Assembly: GCA_023213395.1 (NCBI GenBank)
Contig: CM041465.1
Coordinates: forward strand, 44,647,741 to 44,711,740
Direction of reading: 5' to 3'
Length of the DNA stretch: 64,000 nucleotides
DNA from: Cycas panzhihuaensis
Taxonomy: Eukaryota; Plantae; Cycadophyta
The notes under the pieces were generated by a model. It was given only the letters and a program-made list of their open reading frames with translations. It made no database searches and was not told the origin of the DNA. This document shows, in pieces, positions 50,301-61,400 of this stretch (its first letter is position 1; each line of letters begins with the position of its first letter). The translations under genes were made by a program, and so were the position numbers.

Positions 50301-53165
50301 GAAAGGCAACAACTCAAACAATTGGATGTTTCCACATAGAGTCCATTGAAGAAGAGGGTTAGAGACCGGATTTAAAATCTTTTTTAGACAAAGATAGCAA
50401 GGAGAATTTGCAGAGTTTCCCCCACCACATATTCTATTATAGAATATGGGGATAGGAAGATAAACTAGACACTAGCTTGTGAATTACAAACAGATGGGAA
50501 GGTGGTCCAAGGAAATGAATTAAAATTGCAGAAAATTAACATTGTAATAGAAGTCTAACCCAAGTATATGACCATGGGTGATTATTGGGATGAAGAGACT
50601 GTGAATCAAACAACAATGCTTTTCATTGAATACAAAGATGTGTTTGCATGGTCCTACAAGGATCTTAAGGGAATCCCACTAGAATTGGGAGAACACAAGA
50701 TTGAGCTGATCAATGAGGCAAAGCGAGTTACACAATGCCCCTATTGAATGAATCCAAAATATAAAGATAGGGTCAAGGTAGAACTTGATAGGTTGTTGAA
50801 AGCCTAATACATCTTCGAGGTCGAGAACAACGAATGGGTGAACCCAGCCATAGAAGTTCCCAAGAAAAACAAGAAGTTATGAGTTTGTGTGGATTATAAA
50901 GCCTTGAACAAGGCAACAAAGTGGGATCCATTCCCTATTCCATTAACCAAAGATGTTTTGGAAAAGGTAGCAGTCGATGGAGTCTTTTCATTCATTAACA
51001 GATTAAGTGGATACAATCAAGTGAGAATTGCTCTCGAAGATTAATTGAAGACAACCTTTGTCACGGAATGGGGCACATATGCCTACCGTGTCTTGTCTTT
51101 TGGCTTGATGAACACACCAACTACCTTCCAAAGGGTAATTTTGAATATTTCTCGAGTAGCCTTAAGAAAAATGATTGAAGTTTGCTTGGATGACTATACC
51201 CTATATACTCTTTTAGATGATCATTTGAGCAATTTGAGATTAATGTTGGAGATCTGTAGGAAAAGCAATTTGTGTTTGAATCCAAACAAATGTACTTTTA
51301 TCGTACCCTTTGGTTCATTGTTAGAACCTGTGGTCACCAAACAGGGATTGCTGATAGATCCAACAAAAGTTGCAGCCATTTGGATTTTTTCGATACCAAA
51401 GATTGTAAAGAATCTTGAAAGTTTCCTGGGTATGATTGGTTAGTATAAAAAATTTACTAATGACTATGCTCAAATTGCAAATCCTTTGGAGTCTTTGCTG
51501 AAGAAAAAAACATGACAATGGACATTGAAGCATCATTTGACTTTTGATATGTTAAAAAAGAAGATCGCTCAATCACCAATATTGAGGTTCCCATATTGAG
51601 AAAAACCATTCCACGTCTATGTGGATGCATCATTGCATGCCATCAAATGTGTGTTAACCTAGCCAGGAGATCACAATGTTGATCTTCTAGTGTATTTTGC
51701 AAGCCAAAAACTCACAAAGGATGAGCAAAATTATTGTATTACGGGAAGAGAAGGGTTGGGGATGGTGTATGCCCTAGAAATTTAGGCATTATTTGTTTAC
51801 AAATTTGTGCATCTTTTTTGTATACCATCAAACCTTACAATATTTGATTAACAAACCAATATTGTAGGGTCAGATTAATTGATGGTTGATGTTGTTTCAG
51901 GAGTTCACCTTCAAAATTATCATGAAAAAAACGGAGAAATATATCACTCCAGATCAGTTATCTTGTGCATTGGAAGTAATGACAAGAATACTAGATGACT
52001 TTCTAGATAACAAACTATTTGCGATTGAGGTAGTACCAACCTGCTATGAAGGGATTGCAGAATATCTCACAACAGTTAAAACACCTATAAGGCTAGAACA
52101 AGCAGAACATTGAACCTTAGTAAGAAAAGCTTTTCCCTTTCAGTTGGTTCATGGTATGCTTTACAAATTAGGACCTGACGAAGTCTTGCATCGTTGTGTC
52201 CTAGAACATGAAGTAGAATGAATACTAAGGGAAGCTCATGAAGGGCCTGCAACAAAACACGAGCGTACAATTATTGAATGGAAAATCCTATTGGCAGGAT
52301 TATGGTGGCCTGCCTTGTTTGAGGATGCTGATAAATGGATTAAATTGTGTGATGTTTGTCAAAGAGTAGGGAGACCCTTGAAGCAGCACTTTATGCCCCT
52401 TCAGCCGATATTAGCCCAAGCTCCATTTGAAATATGGGGATTGGATTTTATGGATTTTAGCGGTCCAATCAGCCTACCAACATGGCACACTAATGTAAGA
52501 TATATATTAGTGGCTACAGATTTCATGAAAAAGTGGATAGAGGCCAAACCAATAAGGTGTTGTGATGCACAGAGCACGACCCATTTTTTTTACGAAGTCA
52601 TATTTGTTTGTTTTGATTGTTCATTAGAGATTGTCTCTAACCAAGGGAGCAATTTTTTAAATCATATAATCAAACATTTAACTTTCGAATTTTTGACTCA
52701 GCATAATAAATCTTTGCCGTATTATCCAAGGGCAAATGAGCAAGTGGAAAGCACCAACAAGATCTTGAAGATTGCCTTGACCAAAATCTGTAATACTAAT
52801 AATACAGATTAGGTTGAAGGACTACATTCGGTCCTATGGATAGATTGAACAACACAAAATGACCCCATAAATAGACACCATTTTAGTTGGTTTATGGGAT
52901 AGAGGCCATGGTTCCTTTGGAGTTCCAAGCGAAGAGCATAAGAGTGACAAATCAATTGTAAATGGAGGAATGAGAATCACGAGACCAACGACTTTTGGAT
53001 TTAATGAAGTTAGATGAACAACGAGCTAAAGCTTTGTGGGAGATAAAGTCAGAGAAAGCCTGGAGCAAAGCATGGCCTGATCGACATTTTAAGCAACCAT
53101 AGTACCAGGTAGATGATTTAGTACTCTTGTACGACAATAAATTTTGAATGAAACCAAGCAAGATG
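47380..53165 (+). pseudogene. gag-PR-RT-RH-INT of element H, degenerate
   Basis: Gag CA-like FDG...HLALF at ~47410, zinc knuckles at 48230-48560, and ORFs 48842-49399, 51045-51443 and 52291-52812. Confidence 0.85.
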
Positions 53166-53953
53166 TGTTAGATTTTAACATGGAAAGCATTCAACTCTAA
53201 CATCAATCAACAATATCAATGAACAAAGCATAACTTGTATTAACTCAATATAAGCATATTACATCAGAACATCAATGCACCATAGACTCAACATGAGTCT
53301 CCATGATGACTTTATTACATACTCTACCTCAACCACCTTTATATACAACATAGGTGGGAGAACATACAAGAGATGGGATGTATGTGGGACAAATGCCTCT
53401 AACCTAGCCAATGATATTTTATCAACTAACTAAGCAATGACCTTTTAACTTCCTACATAACATTATTATAATGTATGACCCTTAGACTCTAATACTTAGG
53501 ACTATGACTCTATTGACTCTAAGACACACTTTACATAGAACACATATATTTTAAACATTATATTCTAACACCTCCCCTTAATGTTTAATGTTGAGACTAT
53601 AGGAAAACTAAGGACAACATGACACCTAGTGCTAAGGACTGACACAAACTACACATAAGACTTGACTTAAAGAGTTGTTTGACTTTCCAATACCCGAGTC
53701 TTGGAACTTTTTTGAAGATGATGTCATAAGCTTTGTCTTCAACTGAAATGCTGCAAAATCTATATGTTGTGTCTGTTATGTCACCTCCTGTTTCCTGTTT
53801 GATGACTCTTCCTGTGTATTATAACTATAGGTATGGTCTTCTTTGAATTTTGTTTCCTGGATCAAGTATGATGACATATGATCTCAGTTCCATGAGGAGA
53901 ATGGACTCCTTGTTGTTTGTCTCCAAGTATGCTAGGATGATCAACTTCTCGAG

Positions 53954-55150
53954 TCAATGAACACTTCCTTGAAAGGAAAGGAGGAACAATGATTCCTTTC
54001 CTAACTCCACCTGTGCAGGTACATGTCCAGAACCAACAAGATACTTTGTTCTCTCTATATCATCCAAGAATTTTTTTGTGCCAAATGCGATGAGAATTTC
54101 CATTATGACTACATGCACATGTGTCCCGGTTATGGTTACATAAAGATAGAACTTCACTTTGACATAATTGAATTTCATAGTTAGGTGGCCTACCAAAACC
54201 ATACAATGATCTTGGTGGACAAGATTTTGATCAAATGATATTCTAGCTATGTTCTTTCTTCCTTTGAATGAATCTTCTAGAGTTTTTGCAGGGTATGCTA
54301 TCACAATTTGGATTCTTTCAAAGATGAAAATAGAAAATGCAACTAAGTTGAATGTAATCATAGAGAGTCTCATGCATGTGCAAATAATCGTATACCCTAA
54401 AATCATTTGAACCCTGGCAACAAATCTATCAACACAAATTAAGGTAATGTTGCCTATACTTTCTACCAAGGTACTTGTGTCTCCATGGTGTACCACCTGT
54501 AAAAGTTGATCACTTTCGGATCTTTTAACCTCCATTCCAAATGTAGAGTTTCCTGTCAATTTGATGAGTCTCAAAGCATTTGGTGAAATCATGTCTTTAG
54601 ATTACAAATAGTGTTCAACTGTCTTATTTTCAGAAATGGGTTCATGCAATTCTTTATCTCTTTTATGAGTGACATATGAATTTATATGAGAACTGGTCTT
54701 ACCTGAATCAATTTGTTTTTCCCTTTTCACTTTTCTCTTCGGCTTCTTTTTCTAGTTCTTTGTCTTCTTGATAGCCTTCTGCACTTCTTCAAGACCTTTT
54801 TCATACACTTCCCTCAATAAGTTTCATGCCTCTTTAGCTGAGTCAGTGTTCTGAAGTGTATGGATAAGAAAATGGTATGAAGGAGGGAGGTTATCTTTGT
54901 CGAAAGCTGCAAGCATCACATCAGTAGCTACTCTGTTCTTTCTCCTAAAACTTTCCTCCCCTTCTTCATTAATCGCTGAAGTGCCATCAAGAACAATTTT
55001 CCATAACCCTTTAGCTCTAAATATGCATTCCATTTTAATTGCCTAAACATGGAAATTTATTCCCATATATTTAGGTAAAGGGAAAGGAAGATCTATCAAC
55101 CAGTATTCTTTTTTTTCTGATACAAGGACAGTAATATTTTTCAACTCCAT
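53954..55150 (-). pseudogene. Truncated copia Gag N-terminus fused in frame to a basic linker and an unidentified ~210-aa domain (element P2)
   Basis: MELKNITVLVSEKKEYWLIDLPFPLPKYMGINFHV*AIKMECIFRAKGLWKIVLDG is homologous to the P1 ORF. One frame runs through ORFs 54824-55033 and 53954-54592 with four internal stops. Confidence 0.78.
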
Positions 55151-55872
55151 GATGTGAGAGAGAGTTGATTACAAACACACTATTCATAATTAACTTCAAC
55201 CTAAAATAAATCCGTTAAATTAGTAAAAGAATGTTTTAAATCACATGGCCAGGTTAAAGCCACTTAACAAGGTTTGCTTCCTTTCCTGCAACTCAAATAT
55301 CTCTACCAAATAACTTATCCTTCTTGCCCTACTGTGAATGAGTTGACGCTGATAACTTTAATCCAAAGTTTACCCTTACTTGCCCATTAATTTTTTTACA
55401 TGCAGAAATGTAATCACTTTATATCACCATCGAGACTTTACTTTATCACCAACAAAAGAATCATATTAATCTTGAAGGAATACTCATAAAAGTCTTTTGA
55501 TGGAATAACACCAAAGGGCAATAATCTTTAAAATGAGAAGTTATAAAAGGTTAAATTGATATATCAAATATCAATACTCTAACATACGAATCGTGCCTCA
55601 ATATCTTAATTGTGATTAAAGGGGCGAGATTACCTTGATAATTTCGTTGCGGAACCAACGATTCGAATGTAATTTAATTAAATTCCAAATTTGAGTAAAT
55701 ACAAAGGGGCGTTCATGCCAGAACCCTAAGTGAGGTGGCGGCAAGAATTTTGATTGGTTTGCAGGTCGAATTAATCTTCAGGATTGATAGATTGCAAGAT
55801 GCTCTTCCTTGATATCAATCTTGTCGAATATATGTAGATCTTCAGTTCTCAATTCGTGGTCTGCGGCTCTGA

Positions 55873-56082
55873 CTTGTTCATCCCTTCGATGGCATCTCTC
55901 ATGGACTGCTCATCACTGTAGGTTACAAATCCAAATCCATGGGATCTACCATTCTCTCGATCAAATACGATCTTGGATTCTAGAACTTCTCCAAAAGCCC
56001 TGAAAGCCTGTTCCAGACTTCTGTTGTCGGTGGCCCATGCAAGCCTGCCAATGAAACATCAATACTCAACTTCGACTGAAGC
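55873..56082 (-). pseudogene. GRP7: Intron-less fragment of a glycine-rich RNA-binding protein (GRP7/GRP8 class RRM)
   Basis: Manual translation: ASVEVEY*CFIGRLAWATDNRSLEQAFRAFGEVLESKIVFDRENGRSHGFGFVTYSDEQSMRDAIEGMNK. Contains RNP2 and RNP1 (RSHGFGFV). Not in the ORF track. Confidence 0.93.
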
Positions 56083-56097
56083 AGGATAGAAACAAAG

Positions 56098-56515
56098 ATG
56101 AGAATGGCCAATGCTATGGCAATGACAGTGGCTCCCGCTCTCTCAATTCTTACAATAGGAGGAGGAACAACCAATACAACCCTGCCCAAGATTTGTTCAA
56201 TGCCAACCACACTAAACCCCAAGTTTGCAGGGCTTAACCTCAGATGTGCCCGTGTTGGAGGAGTGGAAATACCCAACGGTAAAACAATAGAATATTCATT
56301 TCAATACATTCATGGAGGAGGAAGTACCACAACTTGTCAGATATTATTTGATTTGGGTATGGAGAATAAGGTTACTCGTGGCTTGGCTGAGGAGGAACTG
56401 ACCAAAATTCGAGATGAGGTGTCAAGGTATATGATTGAAGGAGATTTGCGACGGTTTAACAACCTTGCCATCTAAAGACTGATTGAAATTCAATGCTACA
56501 GAGGAAAGACACCTA
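56098..56515 (+). pseudogene. RPS13: Fragment of nuclear-encoded plastid 30S ribosomal protein S13 (transit peptide plus most of the mature protein), uninterrupted
   Basis: ...LRCARVGGVEIPNGKTIEYSFQYIHG...[38 protein letters not shown]. Premature stop at 56473-56475, truncated before the usual GLP.RGQRT motif. Confidence 0.95.
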
Positions 56516-58409
56516 GATAGAGTAATTTGGGCAGTATCTCATTGAAGACCATTGTCTCTCCATATGTAATCTGCTCTTTCGAAGGCTCCACAGACTTTCA
56601 TGCAATCTTTCTACTGCTGCTTCTTTAGAGATTTCTGCTGTTGAGGCTTGTTTGATGACAAGAAATTGCTCGACACTTTATTCTTCATTCATGCTTTCTT
56701 TTGTCATTTCAGCCTAAATTTCCTGCAAACAAGTGCTTTATACATGCAACTAGACTCCTTTTTTTTTGCAATAGGTCTTCTTACAACACTTATAGAAACA
56801 AGGGGAGTAGCCAATGAAAGGCTTCTTTCTAAAAATTTTCAACAAACCCAGGAGGACATAATTACCCAATATAAGTTTTGTTTTGAATCGTCACTTAGCA
56901 CACCTTACACCATCGATGGTCATGGGACTTCACCTTTACTACTCCAATTTCAATCCAGCTACCAACTTAACGGAGCCACCTTCTTCCTCACCGAAAACCT
57001 TGACGAATCTGCACAGCAACAATCTTACCATGCAACCTGCTCTGATAACATGTTAGATTTTAACATGGAAAGTATTCAACTCCAACATCAATCAACAATA
57101 TCAATGAACAAAGCATAACTTGTATTAACTCAACATAAGCAAATTACATCAAAACACCAATGCATGATAGACTCAACATAAGTCTCCATGATGACTTGAT
57201 TACATACTCTACCTCACTCACCTTTATATCCAACATAGGTGGGAGAACATACAAGAGATGAGATGCATGTGGGACAAATATCTCTAACCTAGCCAATGAC
57301 ATTTTACCAACTAACCAACCAATGACCTTCTAAGTTCCCACATAACATTATTATAATGTATGACCCTTAGACTGTAATACTTAGGACTATAACTCTATTG
57401 ACTCTAAGACACACTTTACATGGAACACATATATATTAAACATTATATTCTAACAAGATGAAGTTGCGTTGGATAGGGTTGTACAAGGTATAGTATATTT
57501 GGTAGAATGGAGTTGTCCAACTTAGATAATTAGATGGTAAGATATTGACCAAGGTGGTCAATGGAAGTTGGTTGAAACCATATCATCATTTCAAAAAAAG
57601 GATGTAAACGAAGGAGATAGGAATCTTGAATCACAATGTGCTTTCTAATGGTGAGTTATGATTGCAATCTTGAGTATGACCTTTAGCAAGATTGTAATTT
57701 GATTGTGAATAGGTAATAACTAGAAGACCGTTAAAAGATAGGGAGGTGGTGGACAATTGGTGATAAGACAACAATTGGTGAAACGACTTTTCAACAGACA
57801 AAATAATAATGATTAGACGAGCATATTTCTACCACCTTTGCACACGAAGATTCATTGTGAGGTCGTCTCCTTGGTATGAACAAGCTAAGTTAAAGATTGT
57901 AATGCAGAAATTGGGTGTAGGAACAACATTGGAGCAAATGGCAATGAAAGAAGAACTCCCCCAAATTAACATCGTTCTGTGAGTTAGATGATGTCCATAT
58001 TTGGATAGAATGAGGTGTAATGAAGGAAGAAGATCCACAGAAGCAAGCAATAGTTTCATCAACTCTTTCATAGTACATCTCCATTGTTGTTCTTCTAATT
58101 TATATGAAATTCTTGGTACTTGTAACAACGATGGTAGCATTACAATAATCGATTCTAAATTTTTTTGTAGAGGTAGTCTCATAGTTAATAGTTTTACCAA
58201 TAGAAGGTAAGGATATTCCACGTGATAAGCAAATTCCTTATGAGCAAGCAACAAAGGAATTGGGCATAGATGAAGCTAAGGTGTCCAAGTTACGAATAAA
58301 GTTTATAGGAATCAATTTTGAATAGATAAGGTGGATAGCTCAGTTCCTATTCATGAAAGTTATTTCAAGCCAAAAAATTTTGTATGTTCCGACTAATCTT
58401 CATTCGATG

Positions 58410-61400
58410 TGTTGAGAATACAAGGTCCCAAACCTTTAACCGCCACCAAGATCTATTGCATTCTTACAACTAGTTACAGAAATCGAAACTTAAAATTACA
58501 TGCAAGTTCTAAAATCAGAGATTATACAATAACATGAAAATGAAAACCAAACATCACATATGCACCCGATATAACGTGGTAGAACCCTAGCAGTGTGCTA
58601 GGGAAACATCCACACAGGGAAGGTATTGATCTTTATTGCTGTAGAATGGAGAAATAGTAAATCTCAGTTACAGACTGCTCTCAGGAACAACAACCAACCG
58701 CCGCCCTCATAACATTACATTACATTACATACAACATAATAAGAAAAGCCCTAAAACGGGCTACATGAGAGGGACATACAAGGCATGAATCTCAACCGTA
58801 GAATCTAGGGTATTTGTATTGAACGACCCTGATTCTCTTTACATTTTGATAAGGTTTACATGGCTAATTTTTTGAATTAGGGCTATCGCCCCAACCCCTT
58901 CTAATGGGCGTTCCGCCCCCCCCTTGGAATCCCCCAAGAAAGATTAGGGGGGAAACCGTGCCGAAAACATGCCAAAATATTAGTCTCATAATTGTTGTCA
59001 CAATATCCAACAATCTCCACCTTGACAACAATTACCCGGTACCTTTCCTAGACTCTTCATCATCTTTTCTGCAAGCCAAGAGAAGTCAAACACCATTTGA
59101 ACTTCTCTCGGTAATCGGTTTTGTGAATATATCAGCATAATTCTGATTGGTATGAATCTTCTCAAGTGCCACTCCACCTGCTTCCACAACTTGTCTAACG
59201 AAATGGTACTTAAGAGCAATATGCTTTGTTCTACTGTGATAAAATTTGGATTCTTGGCTAAGTAAATGGCACTTTGATTGTCACAAAATACCTTTACATT
59301 TTCTTGTCTCCTTCCAAGCTCAACCAATAGACCCTGTAACCAGATTGCTTCTTTACAAGCATGTGCTGCAACAACATATTCGACGTGGTTGTGATTAAGG
59401 CAATTGTCCTCTGCAATTTGGACATCCAACTAACTGGACCATTTGCAAGAGTAAAAACATAACCTGAAATAGACCTTCTTTTGTCTAAATCTCTTGCAAA
59501 GTCTGAATCGACATATCCACGAACCGGATTACCTGTACCTCCAAAGGTGATGCAGTAGTCACTTGTGCCTCTCAAATACCGAAGCACCCATTTCACTGCA
59601 GCCCAATGTTCTTTTCCTAGATTTGCCATAAACCTGTTAACTACACCGACTGCATGTGAAATATTAGGTCCTGTACATACCATGGCATACATCAAACTTC
59701 CCTCTTGCCGGCATAAGGCACACGAGACATATAAGCCTTTTCTTCTTCACTACTAGGACTCATATTCGAAGAAAGCTTGAAGTGGGAAGCCAATGGGATA
59801 CTCACTGGTTTCACATTTGCCATACCAAACCTGGTTAGCACCTTCTCAACATATTTCTGCTGTGATAACCATAGCTTACCATTTTCACATCTCTGTATCT
59901 CCATGCCTAAGATTTGTTTCTCCGCTCCTAGATCCTTCATATCAAAAGTCCTAGCCAATTGAGCCTTTAGCTTATTGATTTCTTCCATGCTCTTGCTTGC
60001 AACCAGCATGTCATCGACATATAATACCAAGATAATGAATAAGCCATTGTCTATAAATTTAAAGTAAACACAATGATCATACTCACTTCTTTTGAAATTT
60101 TGGCTCTCCATGAAGGCATCAAACTTCTTGTACCACTGCCTGGGTGATTGCTTCAGGCCATACAATGATTTCCCGAGCCTGCAAACAAGTCTTTTCCTGT
60201 CATCTTGTACAAACCCTTTTGGTTGATCCATATAGATCTCCTCATCTAAATCTCCATGTAGAAAAGTTGTTTTTATATCTAACTGCTCAAACTCCAAATC
60301 GAGAGAAGCTACCAATGCTAACAGCACTCGAATTGAAACAAGTTTAACAACTGGTGAAAAGATTTCATGAAAGTCAATATCCGCTCAGGCAAAACCTTTA
60401 GCCACCGGCCTTGCCTTGTATTTATCAACCTTTCCATCAACATCTGCTTTCTTTTTGAAAACCCACACGCAACCAACGATCTTCCCGGTGTGGAAGTTCT
60501 ACCAAGTCCCATGAATTATTTTTCTTCAAAGCATCTATCTCTTCCTGCATAGCCCTTATCTACTTCTCACCATGGATATCATCTACGCTTCTCGATAACA
60601 TGTGGGCTCACCATCATTAGAAACTAAAGCAATAGAAATAGAAGGGTCAGACTCGGTGGATGACTAACTCGTGTAGATCTTCTAACTGCTGGCGGAGGAG
60701 TGTCCACATACTCCCGTGAATCGGTTGATTCATCTTCGTAAAGATCTTCATGCTCTTACGATTCCACGGATGGTTGCATTTCAAACTTGACTTGTTGATG
60801 TTCACTTCGCTCTGTTTCATTTCAACTTCTCCACTGTCTGATTTTACAAGGGGAGATTCATCAAATACAACATCTCTGTTAATGGTGATTTTGTGGGCAG
60901 TAGGATCCCACAACCTGTATTCCTTCACACCATCCTTATCACCATAACCAACAAAGATATATCTCTTGGATTTTAGGTCTAACTTTGAACGTTTACTTTT
61001 ATCAGTCCAAGCATAAGCATCACAACCAAAAACTTTTAAATTTGAATAATCACACGGATGTCCAGTCCATACCTCTTCAGGAATCTTGCAATTTATTGCA
61101 AGTGATGGTGACCTGTTTACTAGATAGCAAGCTGTTTGAACAGCTTTTGCCCACAAGCCCTGCTCCACTCCGGCATTACTTAGCATGTTTCTTGCTCTTT
61201 CCAAGAGTGTCCTATTCATGCGCTCAGCAATGCCATTTTGTTGCGGAGTATAGCTAGTGGTCTTGTGTCTTTCGATCCCAGCTTCTCTGCAATAGTTCTC
61301 GAATTCCAAAGAGTTGAACTCACCTCCATTGTCAGTTCTTAAACATTTGATTGTCTTACCAGTGCTGTTCTCAACTAGAGCCTTAAACTGCTTAAACACA

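Larger units (their letters stand above)
53166..57455 (-). mobile_element. Non-autonomous copia-type (TR-GAG-like) element P2 carrying captured host cDNA fragments (4290 bp)
   Basis: 405-bp LTRs 53166-53570 and 57051-57455. TSD AGATG. PBS reverse complement GCTCTGATAACA at 57039-57050, PPT reverse complement CCTCCCCTTA from 53571. Splits the integrase tail of H. Confidence 0.94.

Noticed and set aside
55770-55840. LDINL peptide reminiscent of a seryl-tRNA synthetase N-terminus
   Set aside because: Only five residues match and the downstream sequence does not continue the similarity.
56098-56475. Functional nuclear RPS13 gene, or an organellar insertion (NUPT/NUMT)
   Set aside because: It has a premature stop, is C-terminally truncated, and lies inside an LTR element. 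The transit peptide shows it derives from the nuclear gene rather than organellar DNA.
56648-57118. 156-aa plus-strand ORF
   Set aside because: It runs antisense through the leader, PBS and into the LTR of P2, has no recognisable domain, and is likely a chance ORF.
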